NCBI GenBank assembly: GCA_965235115.1
Contig: OZ249453.1
Span: 1,984,001 to 2,048,000, forward strand
Reading direction: 5' to 3'
DNA length: 64,000 nt
From: Laetmonice hystrix
Taxonomy: Eukaryota
The notes beneath the pieces are model-generated. The model was given only the letters and a program-made list of their open reading frames with translations, had not been told where the DNA came from and did no database searches. A program made the translations under genes and the position numbers. Below are positions 13,551-26,232 of this stretch, in pieces (the first letter of the stretch is position 1; every line of letters begins with the position of its first letter).

Positions 13551-14430
13551 AAATCGTACCTATCCAAAATGTGCCTCCGCTCAAATTGTCTGGTCCTTCG
13601 TCCCAATCGAATGGAATCTGTCAATCTATCTGGTTTTCCTTCACACCGACAATGACGTGTGATGTTTCTTACAGACGGGTCGGAGAATAGAACTGTCTGC
13701 ATGGATGGAAGGTGGAGATGGGATTGAACAAACCAAACGGAAGATTAAGCAATCTTTAAATGTGTTCTAACATAAGAGAGCATGCACCGGTTGGAGCCTC
13801 CAGTCTCTATGTGACCTGTAATGATGTGACCATTGTTTAGATCTGAGGATCTTACAACTTGTTTCAGATCACTTATCCAATCATTAGCAGCATGACGAAC
13901 ATGTTGTCTCATTAAGTCTTTGTTCGGATCTGTTTTAGTGTTTAATTAACAGGGTGTTCGAGTCGGAATGAGTATACTGATTGGGGCGCCGTCTAGTGGA
14001 CATTCTAATGTCGCCCACTAGATGGGGTGGTGTCGAGTTGGAGATGGGGGTTACAGGGAGGGGGGTTAGGGGGCGATGAAGGAGGGATTTAGGGCAGGGG
14101 ACCCTCGCTCAGGTATAGCAGTTGACGGGAGCCAAGTGGCCATAAGAAGGTATGTCTACGCAGTTTTTTTGGGGTTTCCAACTTCTGCAGCAGACATATA
14201 GGCCTACTATGTTGGTTGTATAGTATAATTGTTGGTTTTACAGTATAAAATGATAATAAAATACAGGATATGGTGTCCCATAATGTATATAGAAAAGGGA
14301 TGCATGACTATATACTACATGTGTATACGTTTTGGTATACATTTTCACTGAACACCAATAACATTTGAGTCCAATGCACGGGAATCCCACTCTCCTGGAT
14401 GCGTTCTTGCATAGACCCCTACTACATGTG

Positions 14431-14442
14431 TGCGCATGCGCA
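14431..14442. promoter_or_regulatory. Perfect NRF1/Ewg-type palindrome TGCGCATGCGCA
   Basis: Exact consensus match; near-matches at 37886 and ~3825. Function not shown. Confidence 0.4.
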
Positions 14443-16139
14443 GAGGGGAATCAATCCCAGATTGGGGAAAGAAAGACTCCACACTTAAATTACCGTCGTG
14501 CCTCGTTTGGGTTTGCTAACCCTGCCCGATAGAAATGAAAGAAATGCGACAGGAGCTTATCACCAATGGCACATGGAATGGCACATGGAATGGAAAATAA
14601 AGGCTCATACCCGATTACAAGTCTTGTCTTTCTCCGTGCTAATTTTGGAACAAGAGATTTTTTTGGCAGCGTCCGTCAATATAATGCATTCATCATTAAC
14701 TCGGTGTGCGTTTCGTTTCAGTTCGGGATGTGAGAGGATAGAGGAGTGCAAAGCTCCGCTCTGTTTGCACGACGCCGACAAACCAGCATCGCGTGACATG
14801 AATCAATTAAACAATATGAAATAATCGGAGATTTTGTTAAAAACATCGATTTTATAACTGTGGATAGCTGACTGTGTGACAGACAATAGTACACGCCCAG
14901 CCTGTGTATTATCGTCACGGTTGTGACAATTTTTGTTTGAGGATCTGCTGTAACTTACAGTGTAAGTGTCCTGAATCTCAAGAGAAATACGCGAAGATTT
15001 CCGTTGTTACCAATTCTCCCCCCCCCTAAATAAAAACGATGGCCAGAACTGCAATAGCTTCAAGGTGAACAACACATTCAAGGCTACGTTTTCAGATAAT
15101 TTCTTGTTAAAGAATGTGTTGGTTGCCTGTAACTGTCATTACGTAGAGTTCGAGGAAGTTGAACCAATCAGAGGCCGGAACCAGAACGAGGCTGTGATCG
15201 GCCCCGCTGCCGTCGCTGTGGTAGATCAGTATGAGAGACCCCGCCCCGCATCACATGCTGGTTTGTTAATTAAACTTCAGATCCGCTCCTGCCGGCAGAG
15301 TTGACAACCTTGTAATGAACTACACACAACACACACTGATGTGAAGGATGCTATTATGATGCGGGAGATAACAGAGAATCTTCTTCCACTATTGTTTCTA
15401 TTTCCGACGCCTAATTTTGGTTTTAACAATGGCCGAATAATGACTGCCACCCTGGCCATGGCCAATCAAAGAATGATAATTATAATTAGAAACATTATCA
15501 ACAATAGAAGGTTGTGGGTCGTACCGTAGGGTGACTTTAGATTCGGTTAGCTGATGTTGATGTTAATAACCCGTCTATATCTGATATCCTCTTGCAGAGA
15601 ATCAAGTAGGCGTTCTCATCATATTCTGGACCAGATTTTAAGTGTCTGTTTTCCCCTAGAGGATAACTATGACAGGAAAGTGACGACTAATGTTGCCATG
15701 GGGATTAGACCATAGTCGATAAGCTTTCCTTCTTTGATGATTTTTTTACGGCTATTGGGATATCAAGGATAAGGCAAGAAGTGAGACTATATTTTCATGG
15801 AAAGGGGATTTTTTCCACCCTGTCATCCATATATAGACCCCCTAAGTGGGAAACCTATATCAGTGTTAGGCTACAATTACCGATAAGGACTATAGGGCGA
15901 TCGTTTTCCCCATTATCTCTGCTTCAAGGATAGCTCTTGTTACAATACCCGAGAGAGATGAGTCAGGCATCAGTAGACCAATCGACGACAACCACTCTTG
16001 TGGTTGGTACTTTTATCATGAGAGCAAACGGATACATGGCTCTCTTCCAACAGAACATCATTGGAAATCATGTCGTTAGAAGTTAGGGAGTCGAGTGAAT
16101 GATCATATACTTGATTGTATACATGTAGACGGGTAGTTG

Positions 16140-16220
16140 GAGAGGGAGATAGAGAGAGAAAGAGAAAGAGAAAGAACAATAGGCAAATAGAGACAGACAG
16201 AGACAGGGACAGACAGAGAG
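16140..16220. repeat. (GA)n/(GACA)n microsatellite running into a gap
   Basis: Purine-rich tract adjacent to N. Confidence 0.9.
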
Positions 16221-16370
16221 NNNNNNNNNNNNNNNNNNNNNNNNNNNNNNNNNNNNNNNNNNNNNNNNNNNNNNNNNNNNNNNNNNNNNNNNNNNNNNNN
16301 NNNNNNNNNNNNNNNNNNNNNNNNNNNNNNNNNNNNNNNNNNNNNNNNNNNNNNNNNNNNNNNNNNNNNN
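16221..16370. other. Assembly gap (150 N)
   Basis: Run of N. Confidence 1.
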
Positions 16371-16634
16371 TATGAAGAAAAACATAAAGCAGTTAATACA
16401 GTTATTATTCCTACGTTTATAAGACGGCTCCGCGACATTAATGCCAAGTTAGAACATACATTATAGAAACATTTTAGAACCATATTCATATACATTGTAT
16501 TTCTGAAACCACACAAAAAAGGAAGTAACAACAACAGAGATCTAGAAGTGATAGTGTCGAGGAGAAGTTTGAGAATCGTCCGTTTTTATCAGGCTTACTG
16601 CGCTAAACTACAACCTCATAGGGCAAGGCTATAT

Positions 16635-18266
16635 ACTGTTTGGTGGTAGGGCCTGTTGTTTGGTGGTAGGGTCTACTGTTTGATGGCAGGGTCTACTGTT
16701 TGGTGGCAGGGTCTACTGTTTGGTGGTAGGGCCTGCTGTTTGGTGGTGGGGTCTACTGTTTGGTGGTAGGGTCTACTGTTTGGTGGCAGGGTCTACTGTT
16801 TGATGGTAGGGTCTACTGTTTGGTGGTAGGGTCTACTGTTTGATGGTAGGGTCTACTGTTTGGTGGCAGGGTCTACTGTTTGGTGGCAGGGTCTACTGTT
16901 TGATGGTAGGGCCTGTTGTTTGGTGGTAGGGTCTACTGTTTGTTGGTAGGGTCTGCTGTTTGGTGGCAGGGCCTACTGTTTGGTGATAGGGCCTGTTGTT
17001 TGGTGGTAGGGTCTACTGTTTGGTGGTAGGGCCTGCTGTTTGATGGTGGGGTCTACTGTTTGGTGGCAGGGTCTACTGTTTGGTGGCAGGGTCTACTGTT
17101 TGATGGTAGGGCCTATAGTTTAGTGTAGGGCTTACTGTTTTGTGGCAGATCCTACTGTTTGGTGGTAGGGCCTGTTGTTTGGTGGTGGGGTCTACTGTTT
17201 GGTGGTAGGGCCTACTGTTTGGTGGTAGGGTGAACTGTTTGGTGGTAGGGTCTACTGTTTGGTGGCAGGGTCTACTGTTTGATGGTAGGGCCTATAGTTT
17301 AGTGTAGGGCTTACTGTTTTGTGGCAGATCCTACTGTTTGGTGGTAGGGCCTGTTGTTTGGTGGTGGGGTCTACTGTTTGGTGGTAGGGCCTACTGTTTG
17401 GTGGTAGGGTGAACTGTTTGGTGGCAGGGCCTACTGTTTGGTGGTAGGGCCTACTGTTTGGTGGTAGGGTCTACTGTTTGTTGGTAGGGTCTGCTGTTTG
17501 GTGGCAGGGCCTACTGTTTGGTGATAGGGCCTGTTGTTTGGTGGTAGGGTCTACTGTTTGGTGGTAGGGCCTGCTGTTTGATGGTGGGGTCTACTGTTTG
17601 GTGGTAGGGTCTACTGTTTGATGGTAGGGCCTGTTGTTTGGTGGTAGGGCCTGTTGTTTGGTGGTGGGGTCTACTGTTTGGTGGTAGGGTCTACTGTTTG
17701 TTGGTAGGGTCTACTGTTTGGTGGTAGGGTCTACTGTTTGTTGCTAGGGCCTACTGTTTGGTGGTAGGGCCTGTTGTGTGGTGGTAGGGCGTGTTGTTTG
17801 GTGGTAGGGCGTGTTGTTTGGTGGTAGGGTCTACTGTTTGGTGGTAGGGCCTGTTGTTTGGTGGTGGGGTCTACTGTTTGGTGGTAGGGCCTGTTGTTTG
17901 GTGGTGGGGTCTACTGTTTGTTGGTAGGGTTTACTGTTTGGTGGTAGGGTCTACTGTTTGGTGGTAGGGCCTGTTGTTTGGTGGTAGGGCCTATGTTTGG
18001 TGGTAGGGTCTACTGTTTGGTGTCAGGGTCTACTGTTTGGTGGTAGGGCCTACTGTTTGGTGGTAGGGTCTACTGTTTGGTGGTAGGGTCTACTGTTTGG
18101 TGGTAGGGCCTACTCAGGCTACTGTTTGGTGATAGCGGCCGTGTTGTTTGGTGGTAGGGCCTACTGTTTGGTGGTGGGGTCTACTGTTTGATGGTGGGGT
18201 CTACTGTTTGGTGATAGCGGCCGTGTTGTTTAGTGGTAGGGCCTGCTGTTTGGTGGTAGGTCGTGT
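16635..18266. repeat. 20-bp GT-rich minisatellite (~80 copies) with internal block duplications
   Basis: Unit ggg(t/c)ctactgtttggtggta. The diagnostic variant block gcctatagtttagtgtagggcttactgttttgtggcagatcc occurs at 17111 and 17290. Confidence 0.97.
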
Positions 18267-18841
18267 TTGATGGTATTGATTAGAGCACCAACTGCAGTGA
18301 TCAAGGGCTGTCATTACAAGGGCCGTTGAAAGGCGTCATATTGTGAAGGAGAACCGTAAGCATGTTGGGTGGCAATCGGCGACGATTTCTGACCATCTGA
18401 TCAATTTTACAACAGAACGGACGGCCACCCAGGGCCCGCTAACTGCGCTGGGCCCTGGCTAATGACGTTTAACATGTCCCTTGTGACGTCACATGTCGTC
18501 TGCGCGGCCCGTCAAATGTGTCGTTACGCATTCATTACCGCACCCAGCGCTAGGGGTCGCTCCGTGAAGAGGTTCGCTCCATGAATCATTGAGCACGTGA
18601 TCTGTGATTCATCCAATAGATGACCGACAATCGCTGGCTGATAACATTTTGGTTTCATTCCCTGGCATTAGAATAGTGCACAGGTCGACCATGTAGGGCT
18701 GCATATGTACAAGAAAATGTGCTCTCTCTATAATTTTGAACAGGTTGCAAGTCAACATCAGGTCTTCCCTCTTTCTACCAAGGGTTCAGCCTGCTTGCAG
18801 CATCAAAATCTATTTATGGAAAACGTAATTTTGTGATAACG

Positions 18842-18924
18842 GAAAAGAAAGAGTCAGAGAGACATACAGAGGAGAGAAACAGAGACAGACAGAGGAGAGA
18901 AAGAGAGACAGACAGACAGCGGAG
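18842..18924. repeat. (GA)n/(GACA)n microsatellite running into a gap
   Basis: Purine-rich tract adjacent to N. Confidence 0.9.
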
Positions 18925-19104
18925 NNNNNNNNNNNNNNNNNNNNNNNNNNNNNNNNNNNNNNNNNNNNNNNNNNNNNNNNNNNNNNNNNNNNNNNNNNNN
19001 NNNNNNNNNNNNNNNNNNNNNNNNNNNNNNNNNNNNNNNNNNNNNNNNNNNNNNNNNNNNNNNNNNNNNNNNNNNNNNNNNNNNNNNNNNNNNNNNNNNN
19101 NNNN
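18925..19104. other. Assembly gap (180 N)
   Basis: Run of N. Confidence 1.
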
Positions 19105-19539
19105 ATTTTATTAATAACGGCTGTGGATGTAGCTTTATAATCTGCTGAATGCATGCATCACATGCAGGAAATGTATTCAGCGGTTCTGTTAGCAGCAACG
19201 TTTATTTTAACCACACAATTGTTAAACCACAGACAGGATGAAAGTACCATGAGCTATTTGATAGCACCATTACAGGTTCCTTCCTTGCAGTTACACACAG
19301 TTAGGAAAACCAGGCTACTGGGCTTTATACCCAACGTAATGAATGGGCAATACTCTGTCTATATGATAAAAATGTTTCTTAAAGTGACGCCAAGCATTAA
19401 TGGAATGTGTAATCCACTAGACATTTTACTAATTGAATAGGTATGCACTATGTGCCAAGAAAATAGCAAAACGGAATACTTTCCATTTGTGATTATTGTG
19501 CAGCCACTTTCCTTAACAAAGTAGCACAAAGATCCATCA

Positions 19540-19716
19540 CAGGGGCGTAGACAAGGGGGGGCTTGGGGGGGGGGGGCTGAAGCCCCCCCCCAGATTTTTA
19601 AGGGTGGCCTATAATAACCTAGGCCTAGCTATAATCTTTGTGCCCCAGGTTGTTTCTAGCACACTCTTCAGCCCCCCCCCCCCCCCCCCAGATTTTACCA
19701 CTTGTCTACGCCCCTG
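19540..19716. mobile_element. hAT-like MITE with 5-bp TSD (hAT5-like), 177 bp
   Basis: Perfect 16-bp TIR caggggcgtagacaag / cttgtctacgcccctg, flanked by CATCA on both sides. Confidence 0.8.
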
Positions 19717-19854
19717 CATCAAATGTCTTCAGCAGGCTATACAACATGTTCGATTACGTTTTGTCTCAGACACATGAACCGCAAGCATGGCAGTATGGGG
19801 AGGATTCCCCCTGCCCTAAAGTAGATCCACACTAGCGTGATATAGAGATCTACT

Positions 19855-21670
19855 GGCGGGTAGAATTAGATAAAGGTGTATCGAAACCCGGGAGGTGTAG
19901 AGATAGGAAAAGTAGAATTAGATAAAGGTGTATCGAAACCCGGGAGGTGTAGAGATAGGAAAAGTAGAATTAGATAAAGGTGTATCGAAACCCGGGAGGT
20001 GTAGAGATAGGAAAGGTGTAGAATTAGATAAAGGTGTATCGAAACCCGGGAGGTGTAGAGATAGGAAAAGTGTAGAATTAGATAAAGGTGTATCGAAACC
20101 CGGGAGGTGTAGAGATAGGAAAAGTGTAGAATTAGTTAAAGGGTGTATCGAAACCCGGGAGATGTAGAGATAGGAAAAGTGTAGAATTAGTTAAAGGGTG
20201 TATCGAAACCCGGGAGGTGTAGAGATAGGAAAAGTGTAGAATTAGGTAAAGGTGTATCGAAACCCGGGAGGTGTAGAGATAGGAAAAGTGTAGAATTAGT
20301 TAAAGGTGTATCGAAAACCCGGGAGGTGTAGAGATAGGAAAAGTGTAGAATTAGATAAAGGTGTATCGAAACCCGGGAGGTGTAGAGATAGGAAAAGTAG
20401 AATTAGATAAAGGTGTATCGAAACCCGGGAGGTGTAGAGATAGGAAAGGTGTAGAATTAGTTAAAGGTGTATCGAAACCCGGGAGGTGTAGAGATAGGAA
20501 AAGTGTAGAATTAGTTAAAGGTGTATCGAAACCCGGGAGGTGTAGAGATAGGAAAAGTGTAGAATTAGATAAAGGTGTATCGAAACCCGGGAGGTGTAGA
20601 GATAGGAAAGCTGTAGAATTAGGTAAAGGTGTATCGAAACCCGGGAGGTGTAGAGATAGGAAAAGTAGAATAAGATAAAGGTGTATCGAAACCTGGGAGG
20701 TGTAGAGATAGGAAAAGTAGAATTAGATAAAGGTGTATCGAAACCCGGGAGGTGTAGAGATAGGAAAAGTGTAGAATTAGATAAAGGTGTATCGAAACCC
20801 GGGAGGTGTAGAGATAGGAAAAGTAGAATTAGGTAAAGGTGTATCGAAACCCGGGAGGTGTAGAGATAGGAAAAGTAGAATTAGATAAAGGTGTATCGAA
20901 ACCCGGGAGGTGTAGAGATAGGAAAAGTGTAGAATTAGATAAAGGTGTATCGAAACCCGGGAGGTGTAGAGATAGGAAAAGTGTGGAATTAGATAAAGGT
21001 GTATCGAAACCCGGGAGGTGTAGAGATAGGAAAAGTAGAATTAGGTAAAGGTGTATCGAAACCCGGGAGGTGTAGAGATAGGAAAAGTAGAATTAGATAA
21101 AGGTGTATCGAAACCCGGGAGGTGTAGAGATAGGAAAAGCAGAATTAGGTAAAGGTGTATCGAAACCCGGGAGGTGTAGAGATAGGAAAAGTAGAATTAG
21201 ATAAAGGTGTATCGAAACCCGGGAGGTGTAGAGATAGGAAAAGTGTAGAATTAGATAAAGGTGTATCGAAACCCGGGAGGTGTAGAGATAGGAAAAGTGT
21301 AGAATTAGATAAAGGTGTATCGAAACCCGGGAGGTGTAGAGATAGGAAAAGTAGAATTAGATAAAGGTGTATCGAAACCCGGGAGGTGTAGAGATAGGAA
21401 AAGTGTAGAATTAGATAAAGGTGTATCGAAACCCGTGAGGTGTAGAGACAGGAAAAGTAGAATTAGATAAAGGTGTATCGAAACCCGTGAGGTGTAGAGA
21501 TAGGAAAAGTGTAGAATTAGGTAAAGGTGTATCGAAACCCGTGAGGTGTAGAGATAGGAAAAGTGTAGAATTAGGTAAAGGTGTATCGAAACCCGTGAGG
21601 TGTAGAGATAGGAAAAGTGTAGAATTAGGTAAAGGTGTATCGAAACCCGGGAGGTGTAGAGATAGGAAAA
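19855..21670. repeat. 52/54-bp purine-rich minisatellite (~34 copies)
   Basis: Unit gataaaggtgtatcgaaacccgggaggtgtagagataggaaaag(tg)tagaatta. Confidence 0.97.
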
Positions 21671-21784
21671 TGTATAATCGCGATGCTATACATCACCAGA
21701 AGGTGACATCAAAAATATTGTTTGTTCACATAGGCTGTAACTAACCCTATTTTTCCAGCCAACATGGATTGCACCAACCCTTAA

Positions 21785-22125
21785 AGGTGCTATTCGTCTC
21801 GCACAGAATGGCATTTCTCCTATCATACATTGTGCACACAGTACTAGAAAAAATTCCTACCGATACCATTGGCCTGATAAACCTTCTATTAGTTTGTGTG
21901 CAGCATTTGAAACCTATCTCGGTGTGCACCGAGATAGAGCCATTTCCTATGGTGGGGCGTGTCAGGGTCTCCACAGGCCTGCGGAGAGAGCCCCATTTGT
22001 GCCGTTATCCATGAAAAATTTTGATTTCCTTTGTTGTGAATCTATTTCCATGATAGGTGGGATCACATAAACGTCAACAAAATTTAAAATAAAAAAAGTG
22101 AACTTTTTTTTCACGAATCGCACCT
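21785..22125. mobile_element. Kolobok-like non-autonomous DNA transposon, 341 bp
   Basis: TTAA|aggtgctattcg ... cgaatcgcacct|TTAA: TIR starting with purines and a TTAA TSD. Internal 11-bp-arm palindrome ctatctcggtg-tg-caccgagatag at 21914-21937. Confidence 0.75.
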
Positions 22126-23280
22126 TTAATATTCTGTTGAAATACAGAAGTGCATAGTACCGAGAATTCAACGAGTGATAAATTTCAGATTCCGTGAACA
22201 ACAATCTTAACATTTTAATATTAGAAATGAAACGGACAAAATTGGTTAAATAACCAGTATGATCTAAATATGATGATGTGTCACGTTCAGCTGAGCAACT
22301 TCAAGTAAGGAGCTGTGAATCTTATTGTCAGCAGTGTGGGGGCGAGATTGTACACTGTTGATATCTGCAACTACGATGGCCTGTCAGGACAGAACAATAA
22401 CTGTGTCTTAAAATGCCACCCAGTGGGGCACAACTCGTCACGGATAGCCAGAGAGCCCAGATATGAACGCATTGCCCAAGGATGTCTGGATTGCCAATGA
22501 ATAATTAGGTGGTCCCATGACCAATAGCTAGTTTCCTTGTCCACTTTTCTTTATTTAAAAACAAAAATAAATATATGTAGATTATAGTTTATACAAAGGA
22601 AATCATAGCTGTTTAGGGTTTTCTTCAGTTAATGGCACTTAACAATTCAGACCTTGATAGATTTGTTATCAATTATTGTACGTTTAGGCCATCGTACATC
22701 ATGACATTTTGTGAAACATCTTTTCGGCGTGTTCACTTAGATCCATCCTGAGTGCACCGAGGCCGTGGCTCCTGTTCATCTATAAGATGTTCCTCCCGAC
22801 TGCCCAGTCATGACAGGAATAATAGAAACAGAGGACTGAATATATGTGGGCGACCCGCTATATCCTCACATACACCAAATATAGACATGCACAGTCCTTG
22901 CACAGGGGCGGAGCCATGATTTTGGTAAGGGGGGTTAGGGGAAGAATTTGATAAGGGAGGGGGGTTCGGTATGGTCTATTCGGAAAGTTCTATGGGGAAA
23001 ACAGAAAAAAATGGTTGCCAAGGATGGGGGGGGGGGGTAACCCCACTAACACCTCCCCCTGGTCCCGCTACTCTATGTGCAGGATGGATAAGTCATACTC
23101 GTCGATACAGCACGAAAACCAGTAGGCCTACGTAAGCCTAAACGGAAGACGTGGGCGTAGGCAGGGCAGGGCGGGGCGGCGTCAGTAAGGAAAGGATAGC
23201 GGTGCTATTCCTAATGGTGGCATGGGACCACAGCCACTTCGATAGCATGGAACACAACATATTAGGCGTCATCACTTAGG

Positions 23281-24183
23281 GTCTCATGGTGTACGGACTC
23301 GTAGCCTACAGGCTCGCCGTACATCACGTTCTCAGTCTCGTGGTGTACAGACCGACTCGTACAGGCTCACTGTACATCACGTTCTCAGTCTCGTGGTGTA
23401 CAGACTCGTACAGGCTCACTGTACATCACGTTCTCAGTCTCGTGGTGTACAGACTCGTACAGACTCACTGTACATCACGTTCCCAGTCTCATGGTGTACA
23501 GACTCGTACAGGCTCACTGTACATCACGTTCTCAGTCTCGTGGTGTACAGACTCGTACAGGCTCACTGTACATCACGTTCTCAGTCTCGTGGTGTACAGA
23601 CTCGTACAGGCTCGCTGTACATCACGTTCCCAGTCTCGTGGTGCACAGACTCGTACAGGCTCACTGTACATCACGTTCTCAGTCTCGTGGTGTACAGACT
23701 CGTACAGGCTCACTGTACATCACGTTCTCAGTCTCATGGTGTACAGACTCGTACAGGCTCACTGTACATCACGATCCCAGTCTCATGGTGTACGGACTCG
23801 TACAGGCTCACTGTACATCACGTTCTCAGTCTCGTGGTGTACAGACTCGTACAGGCTCACTGTACATCACGTTTTCAGTCTCGTGGTGTACGGACTCGTA
23901 CAGGCTCACTGTACATCACGTTCTCAGTCTCATGGTGTACAGACTCGTACAGGCTCACTGTACATCACGTTCTCAGTCTCATGGTGTACAGACTCGTACA
24001 GGCTCACTGTACATCACGTTCTCAGTCTCGTGGTGTACAGACTCGTACAGGCTCACTGTACATCACGTTCTCAGTCTCGTGGTGTACAGACTCGTACAGG
24101 CTCACTGTACATCACGTTCTCAGTCTCGTGGTGTACAGACTCGTACAGGCTCGCTGTACATCACGTTCCCAGTCTCGTGGTGT
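23281..24183. repeat. 49-bp minisatellite (~18 copies)
   Basis: Unit ctcgtggtgtacagactcgtacaggctcactgtacatcacgttctcagt (three GTAC per unit). The array ends in TAGGCCTA. Confidence 0.97.
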
Positions 24184-24374
24184 AGGCCTACTGATCGACT
24201 CCCCTAGACAGCCATTTTTTCTCCATTGAACTTTCTGAACTGACCTTGCTAACCCCCTAAGCTAATTAGCCCTGAGTCTACAAAGCCATGACTTCGAAGA
24301 GGCATGAATAATTATTCTTTTCTCATGGTTGGTATGCCAGTAACATAATGTCTACACTTGAAACTTTGTATTTG

Positions 24375-24632
24375 CGGGGCATGTCCAGGATTTTCAGCAG
24401 GGGGATTCTCAGGGCTTAAATTAAAAGCTATGAGAAGCGATCTCTCGCCATTTAGGGGCCATTTTAGGGCACTATATTTTGTGGATTCATCTCTCAACGG
24501 GTTTAAAACGGCGGGAATGCTTCGCACTTGCTCGTTCGACGTTATTCCTTTGAATCTAAGAGAACAACATCTATGCTCTGGGTAAACAGGGGGTCCGGTC
24601 CCCCTGCCCCCCCCCCCCCCGACACGCGCCTG
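24375..24632. mobile_element. Degenerate hAT-like MITE with 5-bp TSD, 258 bp
   Basis: Left end cggggcatgtccagg, right end gacacgcgcctg (degenerate TIR). ATTTG directly flanks both ends. Poly-C subterminal tract resembles that of the 19540 element. Confidence 0.5.
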
Positions 24633-25993
24633 ATTTGCCTTTCTAACGACATAGACTGCTTCCTAAAATTGCGAGTGAGAATACGTCCAATCACAAGCCT
24701 ACCTTTCTTACCTCAATAACATGGAGCTGTCCCAGTGAACAAAGTTGGTTGGTTTAGGCCTAGAATCCATTGAGCCCTATGGCAGGCGGCCTTTTTGTTG
24801 AGCGTCTTATCCTTCTGCCTGGGTTCTTTCCTAACCACACATGTCAGACCAATCGGTCAGTCGATAGGCCAGCGTCGAAAAAGTAACACCTACTCAGAGC
24901 AGCGCAAGATGTGAAGCCATAATATGTGAGGCGGAAGTCAGCAAGAAGCCAATCAACAACATGGGTCTGCTAAAAACTTACCGTGGCCTGAAAACAGAAG
25001 TAGGGCGTCACGACGAAAAACTGCGAACGTGAAGGAATGCGATGTGACGGCAGTGACGTCTTAACTAGAACTAGAACACAGGCAGTCACAATTAGCTGTG
25101 ACGTCAGCACTGTGACGCTAAAGAAGCGTTTGTCTGTGGTTCGTCCTCGTTCTCCCACGGCCGGCGCGTGACGTCATGGTGACAGAGTTCCGACTGGCGT
25201 TTTTTTTCTCGCGTGTCTCGACGTGAGCTCGCGTGGTGAACGTTTAGAATTAGTGTCATCGCGTAATGTCAGCGCTAATTATGCACGATTCAACATTAAC
25301 GACTGCCGACCCGCTGCTGAACCTTGATCTTTGTTAAAATTCAACTTCAATTTAACATCCAGCTCTGAGAAAGTGTGGAGGATAAGGTTTTTTTTTATTT
25401 ACACTAGTTGGAATAGATGCCGTACTCTATAGAGTCTAAGCCGCTAGTTACGCAGCTAGTTAACGCTTCTAAAGGTTAACATATTAATGAGGAATCCACG
25501 AGTTCTTGAAAACAATCAATGAAAACGTAGGTGACGTAAATACCGCACCATGTCACAAAACCTGACCCAGTTACGTAAACGACCGCAGAATCGTGATCAC
25601 ACGCCCTCTATCGTGATTTTCACGGCACCGGAAGAAAGAAGGCCCTACTGGTTGTTAAGTGGGAGGGTGCCAAAACCGAATCTTTTAGAAATAAAGAAAT
25701 TCGGAAGTGAGAAATTAAAACACTATTATGTCTATTTCCTATAAGCACATTGAAATAAAACTTTTTCTTGCTTCCACATAATAACCAAATGGCAAAGCCC
25801 CACGCGTATTAGAGGATTTCACCAAGACAAAGATCTGCAATCAACAGTAGTTGTTCGGTAAGCCCGACCGCCCGTAGCGTCTTAATGACTTGCTGGGGCG
25901 TCGAACTCTTGAGGCACGTTCTTGGTAAGGCAAGCTGAGGATCTCAGTCCTTTCGTTATGATGAAATGGAGTAGGCCTACATTGCCCCTATCC

Positions 25994-26232
25994 ACCTCTC
26001 TGTCTGTCTGTCTGCCTGTCTGTCTCTCTGTCTGTCTCTGTCTCTCTCTGCGTCTCTCTGTCCCTCCCTCTGTCTTTCTGTGTCTCTCTCTGTATCTCCC
26101 TCTGTCTCTCTGTCTCTGTCTCTCTCTGTCTCTCCCTCTGTCTCTCTCTGTCTTTCGCTCTCTTAAGGCCCTTCTCTAGCTCTTTCTATCTCCCTCTGCC
26201 TCTCGCGATCTCTCCTTCTCTCACTGAATGTA
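25994..26232. repeat. Degenerate (CT)n/(CTGT)n microsatellite
   Basis: Pyrimidine-rich tract beginning just after a GTAGGCCTAC. Confidence 0.9.

Noticed and set aside
12791-19198. ORFs containing runs of X
   Set aside because: Artefacts of N gaps and adjacent CT/GA microsatellites.
19928-21744. Repetitive ORFs (KGVSKPGRCRDRK) and a tRNA T-loop resemblance in the unit
   Set aside because: Minisatellite translations broken by 52/54-bp frameshifts; no A-box or cloverleaf.
22903-23073. Further hAT-like MITE (caggggcggagcc...)
   Set aside because: Right TIR too degenerate and TSD unresolved. Similar unresolved fragments occur at ~31255, ~36466 and ~53852.
23286-24229. 238-299-aa ORFs
   Set aside because: Translations of the 49-bp array in three frames.
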